Below the pieces are notes generated by a model. It saw only the letters and a program-made list of their open reading frames with translations, had not been told where the DNA came from and made no database searches. A DNA stretch of 63,961 nt, the filler included. It is 5 parts of 5 records of this genome, joined end to end, with 100 filler letters (N's around TTAATTAATTAA, not from the genome) between each part and the next. Parts side by side here need not be neighbours in the genome. Positions count along the whole stretch, not along the records: positions 1 to 31,034 come from SRR2962707_1013; 4 more parts are not named here. One strand, given 5' to 3'. Every line of letters starts with the position of its first letter. Positions within the stretch are counted from its first letter, which is position 1. A program made the translations under genes and the position numbers. Below, piece by piece: positions 9,416 through 18,872 of the stretch.

Positions 9416-10612
9416 ATGATGGCGGCGATTTGGACAAATCTATCGAATGGGCAATGGCTGCAGCGAGATCGCATTATTGCCTATCCGCTTATTATCCTTG
9501 CTCTTTTGATTGCCGCAACGACTTATGTTTTAATGTCGAATGAAGGCCTTTTGCCAAATGGTTCGCCCTTTGGTGCTGATTTCGTCAGTTATTGGGTTGC
9601 TGCCCGTGAGGCTTTAGCGGGCCATGCCAATGTGCCCTATTTCCGCGATTTGTTTGAGCCAGCGCAAAAAGTACTTTTTCCGCAGAGCGGCTATTTCGCG
9701 TTTTTCTATCCGCCGCATTACCTAGTGTATATGCTGCCGTTCGGGCTTATCCCTTACTATCCTGCGCTAATACTCTGGATGGTTGTCTCGTTCGCTGCGG
9801 TGGCTTGGGTTCTTGTCAGAATCACCGGTGCGCCGAAGGAAACTGTGTTGCTCGCATTGGCATTTCCAGCAGCCTATCTGACTATTTCTCAGGGACAAAA
9901 TGCGTTTTTGAGTGCGGCGCTCTTTGGCGGCGGACTGTATCTGCTGCCAAAGCGCCCAATTTGGGCAGGTATAGCGTTTGGACTGCTGACGTTTAAGCCG
10001 CAGCTCGGATTGCTCATTCCACTAGTGCTTATTGCTGGTGGTTATTGGCGCACGATATTTGCTGCTGCTGCGACGCTTATTGTGGTGGCGGTTCTTTCGG
10101 CTATCGTATTCGGCCTGGATGTCTGGAGCATATTCATCGGGCAATCTTCCTATGCAGTTGAAACAATGCGCGAGGGCCTCGTTGATTGGGAAAAAATGAT
10201 TTCGCCCTATGCTGCTTTGCGCATCGTGGGTCTAAACGATGGAATGGCTTCTTTAATTCATTGGGTGCTTGCTGCTTGTGTTGCAGCCAGCGTTGTTTGG
10301 GTTTGGCGAAAATCATCTGCTGCAAGCTATGAGGCAAAGGCCGCATTGCTCTTAGCCGCATCACTAATCGTAACGCCATTTAGCCTCAACTATGATTTAT
10401 ACCTACTCGCACCGGCAATGGCATTTCTTGTCGCCAGAGGTATGAAGTCTGGTTTTATGCCGTTTGAGAAAACCATTTTGGCGTTGACCTATCTTTCGCC
10501 AATCTTTGTGCTTCTGACGATGTCTGAAGGCTACTCGCCAGCTAGCCTGTTTGTGATGGTATTTTGGTTGTTGGTACTCAGAAGATCTATTCGCGAAAAT
10601 AATCAGGCATAA
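9416..10612 (+). CDS. Glycosyltransferase family 87 (DUF2029) polytopic membrane protein
   Basis: GADFVSYW, FFYPP, QGQN, FKPQLG and YDL motifs typical of GT87/GT-C; many TM helices. Confidence 0.85.
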   Translation: MMAAIWTNLSNGQWLQRDRIIAYPLIILALLIAATTYVLMSNEGLLPNGSPFGADFVSYWVAAREALAGHANVPYFRDLFEPAQKVLFPQSGYFAFFYPPHYLVYMLPFGLIPYYPALILWMVVSFAAVAWVLVRITGAPKETVLLALAFPAAYLTISQGQNAFLSAALFGGGLYLLPKRPIWAGIAFGLLTFKPQLGLLIPLVLIAGGYWRTIFAAAATLIVVAVLSAIVFGLDVWSIFIGQSSYAVETMREGLVDWEKMISPYAALRIVGLNDGMASLIHWVLAACVAASVVWVWRKSSAASYEAKAALLLAASLIVTPFSLNYDLYLLAPAMAFLVARGMKSGFMPFEKTILALTYLSPIFVLLTMSEGYSPASLFVMVFWLLVLRRSIRENNQA

Positions 10613-10641
10613 AAAAAGCGCCCCATTTCGGAAGCGCTTTT
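10611..10641. terminator. Rho-independent terminator between convergent genes
   Basis: AAAAAAAGCGC-cccatttcggaa-GCGCTTTT. On - it reads as a GC stem followed by U7. Confidence 0.75.
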
Positions 10642-10664
10642 CATTTCAGTTAAATAGGCACTAC

Positions 10665-11735
10665 TTATTGTGGAAGTTGATCGTCAACACCAGCAACATA
10701 GAAGTTCATGCCGAGCAAAGTGCCAACATCAGCAGTTTCGCCTTCTTTAAGCCATTCTGAACCGTCCTGCTTCATCACAGGGCCTGTGAATGGATCAAAT
10801 TCGCCAGATGTAATTTTAGCCTGGGTTTCAGTGGCTAGTGCTGCGACATCTTCAGGCATATTTGTATAAGGTGCCATAACGACGTTGCCTTCGGCCATGC
10901 CATCCCAAACATCTTGTGATTCCCAAGTGCCGTCGAGAACTGCGCCAACACGCTGGATGTAGTAAGGGCCCCAGTTGTCTACGATTGCGGTCAATTGAGT
11001 GTTTTTGCCAAATTCGATCATGTCAGATGCTTGACCGAACGCTTTAATGCCGCGCTCTTCAGCAACCTGCATTGGCGCTGTCGAGTCTGTATGCTGCGTA
11101 ATAATATCAACGCCTTGGTCGATCAGTGATTTTGCCGCGTCGGCCTCTTTGCCTGGGTCAAACCATGAGCTTACCCAAACAACTTTCAATTTGAAGTCTG
11201 GATTTACGCTTTGAGCGCCAAGAATGAATGAGTTAATGCCGCGCACAACTTCTGGAATTGGGAACGATGCAATGTAGCCAGCTGTGCCTGTTTTTGACAT
11301 TTTAGCTGCGATTTGACCTTGAACATAACGGCCCTGATAAAATTTAGATCCATAGGTCGATACGTTCGGTGTGTTGCGTTTGAAGCCTGTTGCATGTTCA
11401 AATTTCACATCTGGGAATTTTGCAGCAACTTTGTTTGTTGGCTCCATGTAACCAAATGATGTTGTGAAAATGATGTTACAGCCAGAACGGGCGAAACGCT
11501 CGATCGCGCGTTCTGCGTCTGCGCCTTCTGGTACGCTTTCGAGATAAGCGGTTTCGACTTTGTCACCATATTCTTTTTCGACAGCGAGTAGGCCTTGGTG
11601 GTGCTGGTAGCTCCAACCGAAGTCACCGATTGGCCCAACATAGATAAAGCATGCTTTAGCGTCTGCGGCGTATGCATTGCTGGCCAGCATAATTGCGGCC
11701 GCCGATGTGGCGAGGGTTTTGATCAAGTTTTTCAT
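10665..11735 (-). CDS. BMP-family ABC transporter substrate-binding protein (purine/nucleoside)
   Basis: FIYVGPIGDFGWSYQH, FTTSFGY, FEHATG, IPEVVRGIN, WFDP, QHTDS motifs; signal peptide. Confidence 0.93.
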   Translation of the reverse strand: MKNLIKTLATSAAAIMLASNAYAADAKACFIYVGPIGDFGWSYQHHQGLLAVEKEYGDKVETAYLESVPEGADAERAIERFARSGCNIIFTTSFGYMEPTNKVAAKFPDVKFEHATGFKRNTPNVSTYGSKFYQGRYVQGQIAAKMSKTGTAGYIASFPIPEVVRGINSFILGAQSVNPDFKLKVVWVSSWFDPGKEADAAKSLIDQGVDIITQHTDSTAPMQVAEERGIKAFGQASDMIEFGKNTQLTAIVDNWGPYYIQRVGAVLDGTWESQDVWDGMAEGNVVMAPYTNMPEDVAALATETQAKITSGEFDPFTGPVMKQDGSEWLKEGETADVGTLLGMNFYVAGVDDQLPQ

Positions 11736-11821
11736 GAATATACCTGTACTCTAGTGTTAATTGACATTTTGACTTGGCCTAACGATTGTGGCTGTTCGCC
11801 ATCATCCCGTTTTAATTTTCA

Positions 11822-12748
11822 TTACCGATCAGGCACAAATGGTTTGCCCAGCGAAGCTGGAGTGTTTTTCATTGTCATTCGCTTGTTTGTCGAAATCAGA
11901 ACAAGAATGACGATAGTTACGACATATGGCAAGGCCGACAATAGCTGTGATGGAATTGCTACGCCTTGGGCTTGCACATGGAATTGAGCAATTGTCACAG
12001 CGCCGAATAGATAAGCGCCGATCACAATGCGAATTGGCCGCCATGAGGCAAATACTACCAAAGCTAGCGCAATCCAGCCCCGACCTGCGGTCATGTTTTC
12101 TGTCCATTGCGGTGTGTAGACGAGCGACAAATGTGCGCCTGCCAAGCCAGCACAGGCACCGCCAAACATGACGGAAAGGTAGCGCACTTTTAGCACGTTA
12201 ATACCCAACGCATGGGCTGATTTATGATTATCGCCCACAGAACGGAGTGTCAGGCCAGCACGGGTTTTGAAAATGAAATACCAAATTGCAATCGTCAGAA
12301 TGATGGAGAGATAGAAAACCGGATCTTGGTTGAAGATTAGTCTCCCGATCACCGGAATATCTGACAGGAATGGGATTGCAATTGTCTCCAAACGGACACC
12401 TGGCACACCAATAAAGTTTTCACCAATCATGCCCGATGCGCCCAGTCCGAGCAAAGTCAGTGACAAACCTGTTGCCACTTGGTTTGTTGCGAGTGTTAGC
12501 GTCAAGAAACCGAATAGCAGTGAAAACAAAGCGCCGACGATTATGGCGATCAAAAGCCCTAAATAGGGTGAACCAGTCACTTGGGCTGCGCCAAATCCGG
12601 ATACAGCGCCCATAACCATCATGCCTTCAACGCCCAAATTGAGGACGCCAGAGCGTTCAACAACCAGTTCACCAAGGGCAGCGACCAGCAAAGGTGTTGC
12701 GGCTGTAGCAATTGTCAGCAGGATAGCTGTTGCGATCTCTAAGGTCAC
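11822..12748 (-). CDS. Nucleoside-type ABC transporter permease
   Basis: ERSGVLNLGVEG and AGRGWIALA motifs. Confidence 0.93.
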   Translation of the reverse strand: MTLEIATAILLTIATAATPLLVAALGELVVERSGVLNLGVEGMMVMGAVSGFGAAQVTGSPYLGLLIAIIVGALFSLLFGFLTLTLATNQVATGLSLTLLGLGASGMIGENFIGVPGVRLETIAIPFLSDIPVIGRLIFNQDPVFYLSIILTIAIWYFIFKTRAGLTLRSVGDNHKSAHALGINVLKVRYLSVMFGGACAGLAGAHLSLVYTPQWTENMTAGRGWIALALVVFASWRPIRIVIGAYLFGAVTIAQFHVQAQGVAIPSQLLSALPYVVTIVILVLISTNKRMTMKNTPASLGKPFVPDR

Positions 12749-13833
12749 GATTGAGCCCTCTTACCAAACGTTGAAACGATTTTGATGCGGTAGTGAATAA
12801 GTGTGTCACAGGCCAGAACCGAGAACAGCAATAGACCTTGGAAAACGGAAGACACTTTGTTGGAAACACCCAGCGAAATTTGCGCTGCCTCGCCGCCCAA
12901 ATAGGAAAGTGCCAAAATCAGACCGGCAGCGATAATCCCGAGTGGGTTGAGTCTGCCCAAGAACGCCACGATAATTGCCGTAAATCCATAGCCTGGCGAT
13001 ATAACTGGACGAAGTTGACCGATAGCGCCAGATACTTCTGAGATACCAGCAAGGCCAGCAAGGCCGCCTGAAATAAGGAAAGTTGTGAAAACCATCTTGC
13101 TTGCAGAAAATCCGGCAAAGCGCCCTGCCCGTGGGCTAAGGCCCATAACGCGGATTTCAAAACCCTTGATTGATTTGGTCAAAAGAAACCAGACCGCAAG
13201 CGCTGCGATAATGGCCAGCACAAAGCCCCAATGGGCACGGCCAGATGCGCTCCAAATTTCGGGTAGCACTGCATCGGGATGAAATATGCGGGTTTCAGGA
13301 AAGTTGAAGCCTTCTGGATTGCGCCATGGGCCGCGAACGAGCCAATCAAGGAAAAGTTGCGCTACATAGACGAGCATAAGGCTGGTCAGAATTTCATTGG
13401 TGTTAAATTTGACTTTTAATAAGGCGGGTATTCCTGCATAGGCAGCACCGCCCATCACTCCCATGATCAGCATGAGCGGCAATACGAGCGGTCCTGTGAA
13501 CCCAGGAAAAACAACAGGCAGAATAGAGCCAGCCAAAGCGCCGAATATGAATTGACCTTCCGCGCCAATATTCCAATTGTTTGAAAGATAACAGACGCTT
13601 AAGCCCGTAGCGATCATAATTAGCGGCGCAGCCTTGATCATCAATTCATGGATAGACCACGTTTCTGTGAGCGGTTCGATAAAATAGGAATAGAGCGCTA
13701 AATGCGGTGCTTTGCCCAACAAAGTGAACATTATTGCACCAAGAAACATCGTAACCAATAAAGCGATGAAGGGCGACAAGGCGCTAAACAACGCAGAGCG
13801 CTGTGGACGCTTTTCAAGTTGAATATTTATCAT
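12745..13833 (-). CDS. Nucleoside-type ABC transporter permease
   Basis: WNIGAEGQ, NEILTSLML, GYGFTAIIVAFLG motifs. Confidence 0.93.
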   Translation of the reverse strand: MINIQLEKRPQRSALFSALSPFIALLVTMFLGAIMFTLLGKAPHLALYSYFIEPLTETWSIHELMIKAAPLIMIATGLSVCYLSNNWNIGAEGQFIFGALAGSILPVVFPGFTGPLVLPLMLIMGVMGGAAYAGIPALLKVKFNTNEILTSLMLVYVAQLFLDWLVRGPWRNPEGFNFPETRIFHPDAVLPEIWSASGRAHWGFVLAIIAALAVWFLLTKSIKGFEIRVMGLSPRAGRFAGFSASKMVFTTFLISGGLAGLAGISEVSGAIGQLRPVISPGYGFTAIIVAFLGRLNPLGIIAAGLILALSYLGGEAAQISLGVSNKVSSVFQGLLLFSVLACDTLIHYRIKIVSTFGKRAQS

Positions 13834-15392
13834 GCTGCTTCACCTGTTTTAGCGCCGCCCATCAAGAGGCCAATCGCCTCGCGCGTCACATCGGCCGCAT
13901 CGAGCGGCTTAGACAATTTGCCTTCTGACATCACTGAAATGGTGTCAGAAACCTCAAGCAACTCATCAAGGTCTTGGCTGATAATGACGACCGCAGAGCC
14001 AGTTTTTGCTTGATCGATTAGAGACTGGCGGATGCGCGCAGCAGCGCCAGCATCTACGCCCCAGGTGGGTTGATCGACGACAAGTACGGTAGGTTGTCGT
14101 TCAAACTCGCGGCCAAGAATAAGCTTTTGTAAATTGCCGCCTGATAGCGCGCCTGCTTCCGGATCATCACTTGACTTGCGCACATCCATTGCTTTGACGA
14201 TGCGATGCAATGCAGATTTCAGTGCGGCGGGGTTCACGATATTTAAAGCACCGCCGCTTAAAAATGCGCTGTGATCGCTGGCATGTCGGCTTAGAAGTAT
14301 GTTTTCAGACAATTGAATATCGGCAATTGCTGCATGACCAAACCGCTCTTCCGGTGAGAATGCACAGCCTGACAGTCGGCGTTCATTAATGCCTAATTTT
14401 CCAAGTTGTTTGTCACGAATGGAAATTTCGCTCGCGTTTTTCTGCGTTCGCTCGCCAGATAATGCTTCAAAGAGTTCAGATTGGCCATTGCCTGCCACGC
14501 CTGCAATGCCCAGCACTTGGCCAGCTTTCACCGTAAAACTGATGTCTTTAAGTTCTGTTGAGAATGGACCTGTTGGCGGTTGGCACAATTTATCAACGAT
14601 CAAAATATCGTCGCCAAATACGGCCTCACCTTTTGGTTTGCGCACATTGTGAATGTTCTCGCCGACCATCAATGTTGCAAGGCTGGAAGCTGTTTCTTCA
14701 GCTGGAATACAATGCCCAACCACAACGCCGTGACGCAGAACCGTAGCGCGGTCGCACAGACGTTTAACTTCGTCGAGCTTGTGGGAAATATAGAGGATAG
14801 ACTTGCCTTCTAGGCGCAAGGTTTCAAGCGTTTCAAATAGTTTGTCCGCTTCTTGCGGTGTCAATACGGATGTAGGCTCATCTAGGATGATTAATTGCGG
14901 GTCTTGGAGAAGGCAGCGAATAATCTCTACGCGCTGGCGTTCACCCACAGACAAATCGCCAACCAAAGCTTCTGGATTGAGGTGCAGTCCATATTTATCA
15001 GCAAGAGATTGGGCTTCTTTTGCAACATCATTTAGCGCGATTGATTTATTTAAAGAAAGAGCGATGTTTTCTGCAACTGTTAAAGAATCGAACAGTGAGA
15101 AATGTTGAAACACCATGCCGATGCCGAGGGACTTAGCCATTGAAGGCGAGCCGATATTAACGACATTGCCCTTCCATTTGATTTCGCCAGCATCGGGCTG
15201 AAGCGAACCGAATAACATTTTAACCAGCGTGGACTTGCCTGCGCCATTTTCTCCCAGAAGGGCGTGAATTTCGCCTACATCTATTTCGAGATAAACATTA
15301 TCGTTGGCTTTTAACTTTCCGAAGACCTTTGTAATGCCCTCTACCGAAAGTAACTCAGATTTTGCATCAGATGCCGTCTTAGCCATTGGCAA
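13830..15392 (-). CDS. Nucleoside-type ABC transporter ATP-binding protein (two ABC domains)
   Basis: GENGAGKST, LSVGERQ, LDEPT and LSGGNLQK motifs. TTG start preceded by AGGGG. Confidence 0.95.
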   Translation of the reverse strand: MPMAKTASDAKSELLSVEGITKVFGKLKANDNVYLEIDVGEIHALLGENGAGKSTLVKMLFGSLQPDAGEIKWKGNVVNIGSPSMAKSLGIGMVFQHFSLFDSLTVAENIALSLNKSIALNDVAKEAQSLADKYGLHLNPEALVGDLSVGERQRVEIIRCLLQDPQLIILDEPTSVLTPQEADKLFETLETLRLEGKSILYISHKLDEVKRLCDRATVLRHGVVVGHCIPAEETASSLATLMVGENIHNVRKPKGEAVFGDDILIVDKLCQPPTGPFSTELKDISFTVKAGQVLGIAGVAGNGQSELFEALSGERTQKNASEISIRDKQLGKLGINERRLSGCAFSPEERFGHAAIADIQLSENILLSRHASDHSAFLSGGALNIVNPAALKSALHRIVKAMDVRKSSDDPEAGALSGGNLQKLILGREFERQPTVLVVDQPTWGVDAGAAARIRQSLIDQAKTGSAVVIISQDLDELLEVSDTISVMSEGKLSKPLDAADVTREAIGLLMGGAKTGEAA

Positions 15393-15574
15393 CTACCCCT
15401 TCGGCTAAACTTTAGGCATTGAATTGCGCATTGTGCAATGCACTAATTTAACAATATTCACTTTTTTGTAACAAATTTTTGCTGTGCCGCAGTGGCTTGT
15501 ACTTTGGTAGAGTGTGTATGAGTTATCCGGTCGCATGGTATCGGCTAAGCGATTGATATATGTGTCTAGGTACG

Positions 15575-16783
15575 ATGAAAAAAGAAAATTTAAATCAGTC
15601 AGACATCATTATCGTTGGCGGTGGTCCGTCAGGGCTAGCGTGCGCTTTAGAGGCCGCGCAGGCAGGATATAATGTCGTCGTCGTTGCACCTGAAGATAAT
15701 GTCTTGCAAAGTGACGCTCGGACTACCGCACTTATGGTGCCAGCCATTGATATGCTCATTCGCTATGGGCTGTGGGATATTTTACGCAGCGATGCTGCGG
15801 CTCTTCGTTTCCTGCGGATAATTGACGATACCAAGCGCATTGTTAGAGCGCCTTTAGTGGACTTTGCGGCCAGCGAAATCGACGAAGAAGCGTTCGGCTA
15901 TAATATTCCAAACCAGGTGCTTAATCGAGTTTTGCTGAGCAATGCGAAGCAGAACAAATCTATACGCTTAGTTGAAGATCAAGTTGTTTCTGTTCAGAGC
16001 AATGCCGCATCGGCTCGCGTCGAACTGGCCGATGGTTCCACGCTTCAAGCGCAATTAATTATTGGTGCCGATGGTGTGAACTCCGTCATTCGTCAATCAT
16101 CTGGTATCTATGTGAAAAAATGGGCCTATCCGCAAACTGCGTGCGTGATGGCATTTGATCATGATCGGCCGCATGAAAACCGCTCGACAGAGTTTCATAC
16201 GCCGTTTGGTCCATTTACGCAGGTTCCTTTACCCGGAAATCGGTCGAGCCTTGTGTGGGTGAAAACACCTGACGATGCGAACGCCTTGCGCGCGCTGTCT
16301 AGCGATGAGCTTTGTCTTGCCGTTGAGGATCAAATGCAGTCAATGCTGGGCAAAGTGTCAAATCCAACCTCGGTTCAAACATGGCCCCTGTCCAGTTTAG
16401 TCGCGACGAAATTTTCGGCTAATCGAATCATTTTAATCGGCCAAGCAGCTCACGCCTTTCCGCCTATTGGGGCTCAGGGCCTTAATTTGGGCTTCCGCGA
16501 TATTGCTGATTTTGGTGCAGCGCTTCAATTGGCGCATGGCGACGCAGGTGCAACGGCAGTGACTGATCGCTATAATGCGAAGCGCCTTGCTGATGTTTAT
16601 CTGCGTACTGGTGCCGTTGATGCGCTTAATCGCTCACTGCTAAGCGGTTTCTTGCCGTTGCAGATGGGGCGCGCCCTTGGCATGGGTGTGCTGAAGTCTG
16701 TGCCTATTGTGCGCACTCTATTTATGCGTGAAGGCATAAAGCCCGGCAGTTCTTTGCGTGGTATGTTCAAACGCCCTGCATAA
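15575..16783 (+). CDS. ubiH: UbiH/UbiF/COQ6-family FAD-dependent hydroxylase
   Basis: GGGPSG, DARTTAL, GADG, AHAFPPIGAQGLNLG motifs. Exact paralog assignment uncertain. Confidence 0.8.
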   Translation: MKKENLNQSDIIIVGGGPSGLACALEAAQAGYNVVVVAPEDNVLQSDARTTALMVPAIDMLIRYGLWDILRSDAAALRFLRIIDDTKRIVRAPLVDFAASEIDEEAFGYNIPNQVLNRVLLSNAKQNKSIRLVEDQVVSVQSNAASARVELADGSTLQAQLIIGADGVNSVIRQSSGIYVKKWAYPQTACVMAFDHDRPHENRSTEFHTPFGPFTQVPLPGNRSSLVWVKTPDDANALRALSSDELCLAVEDQMQSMLGKVSNPTSVQTWPLSSLVATKFSANRIILIGQAAHAFPPIGAQGLNLGFRDIADFGAALQLAHGDAGATAVTDRYNAKRLADVYLRTGAVDALNRSLLSGFLPLQMGRALGMGVLKSVPIVRTLFMREGIKPGSSLRGMFKRPA

Positions 16784-16788
16784 ATCGC

Positions 16789-17745
16789 CTAAAGCGGTAT
16801 CAAATTGTGCGTCATCAAATAGAGCAAAATAGTAACTGTAACGACAGATATGCACGTTGTGATAAGTACCATTGCTGACGCGCGTTCGACCCAAATATTA
16901 TATTGCTGCGCGATCACAAAAACATTTGTTGCTGTCGGTAATCCGGCAAGAAGCATTGCGCTATAAATCCAAATGGCTGGAAAATCGCCTGCCGACGTCA
17001 CTAAAAAATACGCGATTAACGGCTGAACAATCAGCTTTGCAGGCACAATGAAAATCGCTTCGCTCGGCACCCGTTTTAGCGGCCTCAGCGATAAGGTGAC
17101 GCCCATTGCGAACAAAGCGCACGGAGCGGCTGCATTTGCTAAATAGTCAATCAATGTTTGAATGGGCAATGGCGGCTGTATTGCAAAGACAGCTGCGAGA
17201 ATACCGATGATCGTCGCTAGAATGAAAGGATGCAGCAGAATTTTTTTGATGATTTGAAATGCCGTTTTGAGAACGCTTTGTTTCTCCTCAGATTGCCCCG
17301 ACATAGCCATCAGCAAAGGTGCAAGCACAAAGTGCATAGTGTTATCAAAACAGAATATCAGCGCCACAGGTACAACGGCCTCATCGCCAAACGCCAAAAG
17401 CGCTAATCCTGGTGCCATATAGCCGATATTGCCGTAGGCGCCAGCAAAGCCAATGATCGTGCTGCTCGCAATGTCGCCGCGGGTGCGCCACAAGCCCAAA
17501 ATAAATACCACAGTGTACATTAGGAACGTCGATAATGTTGTCGCTAGAATGTAGCGCCACTGCGTTAGCTCTTCGATCGGCGTACGCGATAAAAGTTTAA
17601 AAAACAAAGCTGGAAGCGCGATGTAAATGATGAATGTGTTCATCCATCCAAGCGCTTCAATTGGCTGTTTTGTTATGCGTGCTGCAATATATCCAATGGC
17701 GATAAGGCCGAAAAACGGCAGTACAAGCCCAATAACACTCGCCAT
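16789..17745 (-). CDS. AEC (auxin efflux carrier) family transporter
   Basis: ALPALFF, GNIGYM, ALFAMG, LPTATN motifs; about 10 TM helices. Confidence 0.9.
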   Translation of the reverse strand: MASVIGLVLPFFGLIAIGYIAARITKQPIEALGWMNTFIIYIALPALFFKLLSRTPIEELTQWRYILATTLSTFLMYTVVFILGLWRTRGDIASSTIIGFAGAYGNIGYMAPGLALLAFGDEAVVPVALIFCFDNTMHFVLAPLLMAMSGQSEEKQSVLKTAFQIIKKILLHPFILATIIGILAAVFAIQPPLPIQTLIDYLANAAAPCALFAMGVTLSLRPLKRVPSEAIFIVPAKLIVQPLIAYFLVTSAGDFPAIWIYSAMLLAGLPTATNVFVIAQQYNIWVERASAMVLITTCISVVTVTILLYLMTHNLIPL

Positions 17746-17824
17746 TTTTTAGCCCTTGTTGCTTAATACCTAAGGAAGCTTGCCTTCCATTTGTTTAGGA
17801 TTGCCCTACCAATTTGGTCAACCC

Positions 17825-17854
17825 CTTGAAAAGCCTTACGCGGCGATGCACATT
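17825..17854 (+). promoter_or_regulatory. Candidate RpoH (sigma32) promoter for hspQ
   Basis: CTTGAA 17825-17830, a 16-17 nt spacer, then GCACATT just upstream of ATG 17861. Confidence 0.45.
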
Positions 17855-17860
17855 AAGTTT

Positions 17861-18208
17861 ATGAAATATAGTGATGGAAAAATTGTTGAAGCCCGTTTTG
17901 CGGTTGGTGATGTTGTAAAACACCGGATATTTCCATTCCGTGGTGTGATCTTTGACGTCGACCCAGAATTTGGCAATACGGACGAATGGTACGAAGCCAT
18001 TCCTGAAGAAGTGCGCCCGCGCAAAGACCAACCATTCTATCATCTCCTCGCTGAAAGCGAAGACAGCGAATACATTGCTTACGTCTCCGAACAGAACCTA
18101 CTGTTTGACGACTGTGGCAAACCTGTTCGCCATCCAGAGGTCAGTGACTTATTCCAATGGAATGATGAAAATCGCCGCTATATGACGCGCGCGCATTTCG
18201 GCCACTAA
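17861..18208 (+). CDS. hspQ: Heat shock protein HspQ (YccV-like domain)
   Basis: FAVGDVVKHRIFPFRGVIFDVDPEF, DQPFYHLLAE, YVSEQNL. Confidence 0.93.
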   Translation: MKYSDGKIVEARFAVGDVVKHRIFPFRGVIFDVDPEFGNTDEWYEAIPEEVRPRKDQPFYHLLAESEDSEYIAYVSEQNLLFDDCGKPVRHPEVSDLFQWNDENRRYMTRAHFGH

Positions 18209-18209
18209 T

Positions 18210-18860
18210 TTAGGCGTCTGCCGCAATCTGCTTGATAGCATTTGCCAATGTTTCCGGCGCTTGTGCGCCTGAAACGGCAAACTTATCGTTGATGATAAAG
18301 CACGGTACGCCGGTAACACCCTTTTGCTGAGCAGCCTCGATTTCACCGCGCACCGAATCCATATTGTCTGAACTTGCCAATTTATCAGCGACGTCACTTG
18401 GGTTCATGCCTGCTTCGCCAGCAAGCGCCGCGAGTGTTGCATGATCTCCAATGTCTTTGCCTTCAAGGAAATATGCATTGAATAGGCGCTCTACAACGCG
18501 TTCCTGACGATGATGTCCAAATGCACCGGCCCACGCGATAACGCGGTGTGCATCAAGCGTATTGGGAGAAACCTGTATATCACCCCAAGCAAACTCTATG
18601 CCCTCGCCTTCGCCAGCTTGAGTGATGGGAACGTGAAGACGGTCAATGTTTTCCTGATCGCCAAATTTGTCAGCCAGATATTGCGATCGGCTTTTTCCTT
18701 CTAGCGGAATTGTCGCGTCAAGTTGGTAAGGCTTCCAATTAACTTCAACTTTTATGTCTGAGCCAATTTCTTTGAGTGCCTTTTCCAATCGGCGTTTGCC
18801 GACAAAACACCAAGGGCAAACGACATCAGAGACAACGTCAATTTGGATAATTTTCGTCAT
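18210..18860 (-). CDS. DsbA/FrnE-family oxidoreductase
   Basis: SDVVCPWCFVG, PNTLDAH, GVTGVP, SGAQ motifs. Confidence 0.93.
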   Translation of the reverse strand: MTKIIQIDVVSDVVCPWCFVGKRRLEKALKEIGSDIKVEVNWKPYQLDATIPLEGKSRSQYLADKFGDQENIDRLHVPITQAGEGEGIEFAWGDIQVSPNTLDAHRVIAWAGAFGHHRQERVVERLFNAYFLEGKDIGDHATLAALAGEAGMNPSDVADKLASSDNMDSVRGEIEAAQQKGVTGVPCFIINDKFAVSGAQAPETLANAIKQIAADA

Positions 18861-18872
18861 TTTCGTTCCAAT

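Noticed and set aside
15393-15574. Purine riboswitch upstream of the nucleoside ABC operon
   Set aside because: No recognisable aptamer core; only a short inverted repeat.
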